NCBI GenBank assembly: GCA_049522075.1
Contig: JBEKOE010000014.1
Span: forward strand, 4,284-36,283
DNA length: 32,000 nt
Reading direction: 5' to 3'
DNA from: Candidatus Acidiferrum sp.
GTDB taxonomy: Bacteria > Acidobacteriota > Terriglobia > Acidiferrales > UBA7541
Under the pieces are notes generated by a model. That model saw only the letters and a program-made list of their open reading frames with translations. It had not been told where the DNA came from and did not search any database. Below are positions 23,860 to 29,345 of the stretch, piece by piece. Made by a program: the position numbers and the translations under genes. Within the stretch, counting starts at the first letter, position 1, and each line of letters starts with the position of its first letter.

Positions 23860-25207
23860 AGCGGGCTGGCGCGTGAGACTGTTCGAGCAGCGGCCATTTC
23901 TGGGCGGCCGGGCAACCTCCTACGTGTTGCCCGACGGCGAGCATGTGGACAATTGCCAGCACGTGACGCTAGGGTGCTGCACGAATCTGGAAGATTTCTA
24001 CCGGCGCGTGGGTTCCGCGGACAAAATCAAATTTTTCGATCGCCTGTTATTTCAGGATCCTCAAGGGCGCACGGGTGAAATGCAGGCCGGATTGTTGCCC
24101 GCACCGTTCCACATGCTCGGGTCGTTCGCGACATTTGCGCCGCTGACGCTGGCGGACAAATATTCCATTGGCCGCGCGATGATGGACATTCTGCGGAGCA
24201 AAGGGAAGCCGAAGGATCTTGAGGAAGCGGGCGGCATTTCGATGCTGGAATGGCTGCGGCGGCGCAAGCAGACGCCCGGCGCGATGGAGCGCTTTTGGAA
24301 GGTTGTTCTGGTGAGCGCGCTGGACGAGGAACTGGACCGCACCGATGCCCGCTATGGCGTGGACGTATTCTGGAAAGGATTCCTTTCGAATCGCGCCGGC
24401 TATCGTATGGGAGTTCCCGGGGTTCCGCTGGCGCAACTCTATGACGGCTGCAAAGCAGCAATCGAGCGCCGGGGCGGGGAAGTGAATCTGCGGGCGCCGC
24501 TGCGCGCGATACATCTGGCTGACGGGGCTATGAATGACGTGGAATTTGATGGGGGGCGCCGAGAAAGCGCCGATGCCTATGTATTTGCGCTGCCGCATGA
24601 GGCGCTTGCCGATCTTTTGACTGAGGAAATCAAGCGGCTCGAGCCAGCGCTCGCCAATCTGAGCAACATCCGCGTCGCGCCGATCACCGGCGTGCATTTT
24701 TGGTTCGATCGCGAAGTCATGCGAGAGCCGTTCGTGACCCTAATGGAAACCACGACGCAATGGATCTTCAACAAGACCGCGCTATATGGAACGGCGAACG
24801 GCGCCTCTGGAGAAAAAGGGCAATATCTACAGTTGGTCATCAGCGCATCCTACGATCTGCTGCAAAAGCCCCGGCAGGAGATCATTGATATGTGCCTGGC
24901 GGAGGTGCGGCAGGCGCTACCCGCAGCGCGCGAGGCCGTCCTGACCAAAGCCACGGTGATCAAGGAAGCCGCAGCTACATTTTCGCCGCAACCTGGCGTG
25001 GACCGTTGGCGTCCAATACAAGAGACCTCGATTCGCGGAATGTTTCTGGCGGGAGATTGGACGGCGACCGGCTGGCCCGCAACAATGGAAGGCGCGGTGC
25101 GCAGCGGCTATCTGGCTGCGGAGGCGGTTCTGCGGAAAGCGGGGACGCCAAAGACGATTCTTCAGCCGGACTTGCCGCCCGATGGATTGGTGAGGATGTT
25201 CTGCTAG
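23795..25207 (+). CDS. hpnE: Hydroxysqualene dehydroxylase (FAD-dependent amine-oxidase fold)
   Basis: ORF 23753..25207 has no ATG near the 5' end. Candidate starts are TTG 23753, TTG 23795 (preceded by GGAAGAG) and GTG 23804; all overlap the hpnC/D 3' end (stop 23857-23859). FAD Rossmann VIVIGGGLAGLSAGVALAEAGWRVRLFEQRPFLGGRA; C-terminal FLAGDWTATGWPATMEGAVRSG. Confidence 0.85.
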   Translation: MQSVIVIGGGLAGLSAGVALAEAGWRVRLFEQRPFLGGRATSYVLPDGEHVDNCQHVTLGCCTNLEDFYRRVGSADKIKFFDRLLFQDPQGRTGEMQAGLLPAPFHMLGSFATFAPLTLADKYSIGRAMMDILRSKGKPKDLEEAGGISMLEWLRRRKQTPGAMERFWKVVLVSALDEELDRTDARYGVDVFWKGFLSNRAGYRMGVPGVPLAQLYDGCKAAIERRGGEVNLRAPLRAIHLADGAMNDVEFDGGRRESADAYVFALPHEALADLLTEEIKRLEPALANLSNIRVAPITGVHFWFDREVMREPFVTLMETTTQWIFNKTALYGTANGASGEKGQYLQLVISASYDLLQKPRQEIIDMCLAEVRQALPAAREAVLTKATVIKEAAATFSPQPGVDRWRPIQETSIRGMFLAGDWTATGWPATMEGAVRSGYLAAEAVLRKAGTPKTILQPDLPPDGLVRMFC

Positions 25208-25524
25208 GGCGAGGGAGATGCAGATTCGCTTTGCAGGAATGAGCCCAGGTGGCGTTCGCGGAGAGTAAGGCCCTGCGTTGCTTGATCCAGTGCCTGGTAG
25301 GCTTCGCGGTGAGTGTTCTTGAAGTCGTTGTAGGCCAGTTCGGAGTCCCAGAAGTCCATGGTGCAGTAGATTCCCGGGAGGGAGGTATCCTGTAGGAGGC
25401 GAGTCATCTGGAAGTGCGGGCCGCTGCGAAAGAGCCGAACCCAGTTACCCTGGGGGCCATAGACTCTTTCAAACGCAGGCTCGCTTCCCGGCTTGACTTC
25501 AAACTCCCATAGGACTACAAACAT
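25204..25524 (-). CDS. Small ABM (antibiotic-biosynthesis-monooxygenase/ferredoxin-like fold)-type protein
   Basis: 106 aa. The MFVVLWEFEVKPGSEPAFERVYGP...W...FKNTHREAY pattern is typical of ABM-domain proteins. Its stop and the hpnE stop share the palindrome CTAG (25204-25207). Assignment is by pattern only. Confidence 0.65.
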   Translation of the reverse strand: MFVVLWEFEVKPGSEPAFERVYGPQGNWVRLFRSGPHFQMTRLLQDTSLPGIYCTMDFWDSELAYNDFKNTHREAYQALDQATQGLTLRERHLGSFLQSESASPSP

Positions 25525-25660
25525 AGAGGTCCCATCTTCTGCCCTCGCTTTGTGGCATCCCAGGATAACTTCAACCGGGAAGACTGGTGTGCAGAGCTAG
25601 GTAGCAATCCGATTGGATACATGTCGGTATCAGAACCGTTTTAGTCCAGTGGTGTAAGAA

Positions 25661-26191
25661 TTGGAAGCGGCAATCCGTCGAGGCTGGCGGACGGAGGCAT
25701 TTGTGGATCGCAAGTACGGCCATCGCGGGTATCGCGAAGCAGAAAAGCAGGAGAAGCACGAAAAGAAGGACCGGCATGACCGCAAGCCGCCACAGGGCGG
25801 CCCACGCGGTGCCAGCGATCATCTGGGCCCGCGGACGCCCCGGATGGTAGGGACGGTTACGCGGGCGCGATGTTCCAATTGCGGTGCGGTGCTTGTTGCT
25901 GGTTTTGATGCCAAGGGCAAATGCCCCAAATGTAATTCTGAGCTGCATTGCTGCAAGCAGTGCCGCTTCTTCGATTCGGGCGCCCAGTTTGAGTGCACGC
26001 AGTCCATTCCCGCTCGCATTTCCCCCAAGGATGCCAAGAACGAGTGCGCGTTGTACGAATTCCGCATGACCGTGGAAAAGGACACTGCACCCACCTCTTA
26101 CGCGCAGCCCGCTCAAGTGGCCGCCGAAGCTTCTTCCCCCGGACGTCCGCCAGATGCGCGGCAAGCGTTCGAGAACCTCTTCAAGAAATAG
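25661..26191 (+). CDS. Hypothetical zinc-ribbon protein with Lys/Arg/Glu-rich N-terminal region
   Basis: CSNCG...CPKC...CCKQC...EC cysteine pairs, a charged N-terminus (DRKYGHRGYREAEKQEKHEKKDRHDRK) and an acidic/Pro-rich C-terminus. The start is uncertain (TTG 25661 or GTG 25703). The antisense 197-aa ORF looks like a high-GC shadow. Confidence 0.6.
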   Translation: MEAAIRRGWRTEAFVDRKYGHRGYREAEKQEKHEKKDRHDRKPPQGGPRGASDHLGPRTPRMVGTVTRARCSNCGAVLVAGFDAKGKCPKCNSELHCCKQCRFFDSGAQFECTQSIPARISPKDAKNECALYEFRMTVEKDTAPTSYAQPAQVAAEASSPGRPPDARQAFENLFKK

Positions 26192-27143
26192 AGCGTTTCG
26201 CTTTCTTTGCCGCTGGCGCGCCCAGAGAAAATAGAGTCGGCTCCGCGGGCATCTCGCTGGCGATTTTTTCCAGCTCCGGATAGTGCTGCCGCAACGGTTC
26301 CGGCACCTTCACCTTGCTGCCCTTCAAAATACTGATGAGCTGTAGGGCGTTGACCACGGCTTTGCCCTGGTAGTGATTGTTGGTGACCACGAAGGTATTG
26401 CGGGTGTGTTGATTCACGGTGCGAATGCGCGCGACCCAAGGATCAAGTTCTTCCTCTGAATAGAGGTAGTTGTAGCGTTCGTGAGCTGGCGCGGCGGCAT
26501 TGTCGCTGAACCAGGTGTCGTAGCGCCGCCCGTGCAGGCGGACATAGCCGACGGACGAAGTGCTTGAGGCGGAAGGCTCTAGGGAACGCCCGATAATCGG
26601 CTGGTCGATATTGCAGAAGCCGGCGTTGCGCTCGCGGAGGAGGGCGAGAGTTTCCTCGGTCTGCCAGGAGGCATGGCGCAACTCCACGACCAGAGGGTAG
26701 TCGGCGAACCTCTTCAGCACCGCGGTTAAATAGCCGACGGTTTCTTTTGTACAGTGAAAAGAAAAAGGGAACTGCAGCAGCACCGCGCCCAGCTTTTCCG
26801 CTTGGCGCAGAACGTCAAAACCCGCGCGAACCGCTCGTTCGTCTTCGGCTGATGCGGAGGGATCGTGGGTGAACTTCTGCCACAGTTTCGCGGTGAATAG
26901 AAACGCCGGATTCGCCGAGACGCGCTCGGCCCAGAGCGCGGCGTGATCCGGGCGCAGGGGCTGGTAGAAGGAAGTATTGATCTCGATGGTGTCGAAGAAT
27001 TCGGAAAGATACGCGGCCTCATGAAATCCCTTGGTGCGCCGCGCGGGATACACGTAGCCCGACCAGTCTGCGTAGGACCAGCCTGCCGGTCCGACGCGGG
27101 TTTGCCTTGGCACTTGTGCCTCAGGTTTAGCTGTCTTTTTCAT
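26181..27143 (-). CDS. DUF72 (UPF0759) family protein
   Basis: 320 aa. Signature N-terminus VGPAGWSYADWSGYVYP...FDTIEINTSFYQP, then LLQFPFSF and YVRLHGR, typical of DUF72. Confidence 0.85.
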   Translation of the reverse strand: MKKTAKPEAQVPRQTRVGPAGWSYADWSGYVYPARRTKGFHEAAYLSEFFDTIEINTSFYQPLRPDHAALWAERVSANPAFLFTAKLWQKFTHDPSASAEDERAVRAGFDVLRQAEKLGAVLLQFPFSFHCTKETVGYLTAVLKRFADYPLVVELRHASWQTEETLALLRERNAGFCNIDQPIIGRSLEPSASSTSSVGYVRLHGRRYDTWFSDNAAAPAHERYNYLYSEEELDPWVARIRTVNQHTRNTFVVTNNHYQGKAVVNALQLISILKGSKVKVPEPLRQHYPELEKIASEMPAEPTLFSLGAPAAKKAKRSIS

Positions 27144-27348
27144 GAGCTTTGTCCGTGTCCTACTGGATGGAACTCCTGGTGCAGGTTACGTTAGCCTAGA
27201 AATTCCCGGGGTATCTGTCAACGCGCACCTTGCGCGGCAGGATTGCGCGGTACGAGACCGCCTGCTATGCTCAAGCCATCATGCGGTGCAGAATCTTGAC
27301 TGCGTCGCTAGCCTGCCAGATTCCGCGTTGTTTCCTATGGGTGCAACC

Positions 27349-27687
27349 ATGAACGTTTCGATAAGCTACAAGCATGTTGATGCGCAGCAAGCTGTTGCGA
27401 CTGAACTGATGCGTCGTCTGGACAAGTTGGGAAGGCTCCTGAGAAGCTACGAGCCGGATCTGATTCAGTTGCACGGGGTATTCACCAGGAATCAGAGGAC
27501 GGAGGAGCAGTCCTGTTCCCTGACGCTCTCGCTTCCATCGGGCACACTACACGCCACCGGCAGTGGCAAGAATATACTAGCGGGCTGCAAGAATGCCTTC
27601 AGCGACATCGAATCACAGATCAAAAGACACCAGGCACTGCTGCGGCGCGAGCACGACTGGAAGCGCAAGCGCCGCAAACGCACCTAG
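27349..27687 (+). CDS. hpf: Ribosome hibernation/ribosome-associated inhibitor factor (HPF/RaiA/YfiA family, short form)
   Basis: Internal ATG 27349 of ORF 27142..27687. MNVSISYKHVDAQQAVATELMRRLDKLGRLL...LHATGSGKNILAGCKNAFSDIESQIKRHQALLR matches the beta-alpha-beta-beta-beta-alpha HPF pattern (MxIxIxGxHVxV...L...KH). Basic C-terminal tail. Confidence 0.8.
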   Translation: MNVSISYKHVDAQQAVATELMRRLDKLGRLLRSYEPDLIQLHGVFTRNQRTEEQSCSLTLSLPSGTLHATGSGKNILAGCKNAFSDIESQIKRHQALLRREHDWKRKRRKRT

Positions 27688-27932
27688 CCATCCCGAATAA
27701 TTTCCGGGAATAGCTCGATTGGGCGATAGTGGGCCGAGCCGTACCAGTTTTTGTGAGGTGGGCTGTGCCTTTTGTGGGGCCAGGCGGAAGGAGTTGCTGG
27801 CGCTCGTCTGGCGGAATGGTCATGGTAAACTGAATAGAGTGCATCATACGAAACGCGCGTGCCGTTACGCGCCGTCAATGGGCCGCGTGCAGAGACGCTG
27901 AACTTGGCCAGCGTTCGAAATTGCGCGAATTT

Positions 27933-28007
27933 AGGGGCGTAGCTCAGTGGTAGAGCAGCGGCCTTTTAAGCCGAAGGTCGTGGGTTCGATCCCCACCGCC
28001 CCTACCA
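27933..28007 (+). tRNA. tRNA-Lys (anticodon UUU), CCA encoded
   Basis: Manual fold: acceptor AGGGGCG/CGCCCCT (7 bp), U8, D-arm GCTC-AGTGGTA-GAGC, anticodon arm GCGGC-CTTTTAA-GCCGA (anticodon TTT), variable AGGTC, T-arm GTGGG-TTCGATC-CCCAC, discriminator A, CCA. Confidence 0.95.
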
Positions 28008-28390
28008 ACCATCTTGTTTTCCCATAAGAATTTAGCGATTTGCCGAGGCGACAAAAGGCGGCAATAAGAGCCTCATGGGTGGCACCTATGGGTCAGGCCA
28101 ACGCGAACTCGCCAGCGAGGCAGAAGTGCTGCATAACCTTATTCTATAGGTGCTCAGTCCGACAGATGGAATTCACCGGCAATGATTTTCGGGCAATGGT
28201 TCAAAGGGTTGCCAGCGGCCTCTACCGTGACAGTGAAAAATCTATCGGTAACTGCCTGAAACTACGCGGCACGGATGGCTACCACAACCGCGCTTTGGAA
28301 CCACAAGGAACAAATATTGGATCATGAATGGACCAAGAAATGGACTCTGCCGTGGAACGCAAAGGCACGCGCTTGAAATCAGCAGAGACT

Positions 28391-28447
28391 TTGCAGTGTG
28401 ATCTCTGCAAGTGTGGCCTATGGGTCCGATCCCCATCGCCCGCTCCG
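28391..28447 (+). other. tRNA-like 3' fragment (anticodon-arm-like hairpin + T-arm + acceptor 3' strand) resembling the 3' end of the upstream tRNA-Lys
   Basis: Hairpin ttgcag-tgtgatct-ctgcaa (8-nt loop), then atggg-tccgatc-cccat (a perfect T-arm-like stem-loop), then cgcccgc. tgggtCcgatccccaTcgcccG matches tgggtTcgatccccaCcgcccC of the tRNA-Lys at about 21/23 positions. No matching 5' acceptor strand or D-arm, so it is not a functional tRNA. Confidence 0.45.
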
Positions 28448-28595
28448 TAAACCCTGTTGACGCGGTCGGCTGTCTAATTTAGAGGAGAGCGTTGGATGTT
28501 GGACCTACGTTCTCGGTGGCCTTCGGTTCCGGTTCTGCGCACGTACGGGATCGGCTTCCGGACTATTCGCTGGGTATCAGAGGCAAGAGAAATTC

Positions 28596-29006
28596 CTACA
28601 GTCTCTCGCGCTCTGCAACGGCGAGTTGGCCCAATTGAATCCCCGTCTGATTTCCTCCCAGAACGCGGACGAACAAACCCACACGATCAAGCGGCCTGAT
28701 TCGCGGGGACAGATGGAGGGTCACCTGCACGGGCAAACCCGTCGGAAGGGTACGATGAGCCTTAAGCAAGATCCCGCCCAGGCCGATGTCAATCGTTTCA
28801 CCTTCCAATTCTTCTGGTCCGTGCTTGAGCCGCGCCTTACACCAAAACCCCACGCGCCTGCTCCGCCCTCTGTCATTTTCCATCGTTCCCTGGGTCGCCC
28901 GAACGAGCCTTAACAAACAGTCTCTGTCGATGGGCTTATACAGAAAAAAGCTTGCGCCGGCTTCAAATCCTCCGTTGAGCTTGGTTAGAGGGCAGCCAAG
29001 ACACAC
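28596..29006 (-). CDS. PilZ-domain protein; the N-terminus is the remnant of a receiver (REC) domain, so possibly a pseudogene
   Basis: PilZ motifs RGRSRR (RxxxR) and DIGLGG (DxSxxG-like), then beta-barrel-like alternation. The N-terminal GASFFLYKPIDRDCLLRLV resembles REC beta5-alpha5 (GA..YL.KP). The start is GTG 29006 or internal ATG 28883. REC-like sequence continues upstream but is closed by an in-frame TAG at 29094-29096. Confidence 0.55.
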   Translation of the reverse strand: MCLGCPLTKLNGGFEAGASFFLYKPIDRDCLLRLVRATQGTMENDRGRSRRVGFWCKARLKHGPEELEGETIDIGLGGILLKAHRTLPTGLPVQVTLHLSPRIRPLDRVGLFVRVLGGNQTGIQLGQLAVAERERL

Positions 29007-29345
29007 AGACGAGTTTTCCCGCTTGACAGATTCTGTAGTCGGCGGTAAAAAAATAATGGCCGGGTTTTTTACGGTTTTTATACCCCCCTTCCGCTACGTT
29101 ACACGGCTGCCGTACCCTACCTGCCGCGTTGCGTTTCAAATTAGAGACCTGAAAGGCGATCAATGGTTTGGCCGAGCCATCTCCTCGGGTCATCAGTCTG
29201 CGAGCAGAGGTTAGCCTCTGCAGTCCTGTACCCCCCCGGCAGTGTGATCTGCCTTATAAGGCCCCCGTAGGCTCATTCATTTCCTCCAGTCTTTTGCCCC
29301 AGACGGAGTCAGCTCTTTGCAATAAGTTTCTAAGAGAGGTGTTCA

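Noticed and set aside
25571-26164. 197-aa minus-strand ORF overlapping the zinc-ribbon gene
   Set aside because: Either strand could in principle code here. The plus-strand product has paired CxxC motifs, a sensible charged/structured layout and a 3' end fitting its neighbours. The minus-strand peptide is low-complexity (G/R/A/L) with an implausible N-terminus. This rejection is moderately confident only.
27296-27330. TTGACT -35-like hexamer upstream of hpf, considered as a promoter
   Set aside because: No acceptable -10 hexamer lies at 16-19 bp spacing (GATTCC/ATTCCG), so it is not reported as a feature.
27778-27793. ggccaggcGGAAggag, which resembles the SRP (4.5S) RNA GGAA-tetraloop region
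   Set aside because: The flanking bases do not form the conserved helix 8 pairing (only one closing pair), and the symmetric/asymmetric loop motifs are absent. I judge this a chance similarity.
28040-28327. 95-aa ORF just downstream of tRNA-Lys, checked as a possible integrase remnant
   Set aside because: There is no RBS and no recognisable integrase motifs (no R..H.R.Y catalytic pattern or SAM-like N-domain). All three plus frames are broken by frequent stops. I treat the segment as non-coding or eroded.
28496-28699. 67-aa ORF with a good SD (GAGGAGAG-N6-ATG)
   Set aside because: Its 3' half is antisense to the PilZ domain coding region, its composition is R/P/S-rich and I recognised no motif. 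The SD-like sequence alone is not sufficient evidence, but it could be rechecked with ribosome profiling.
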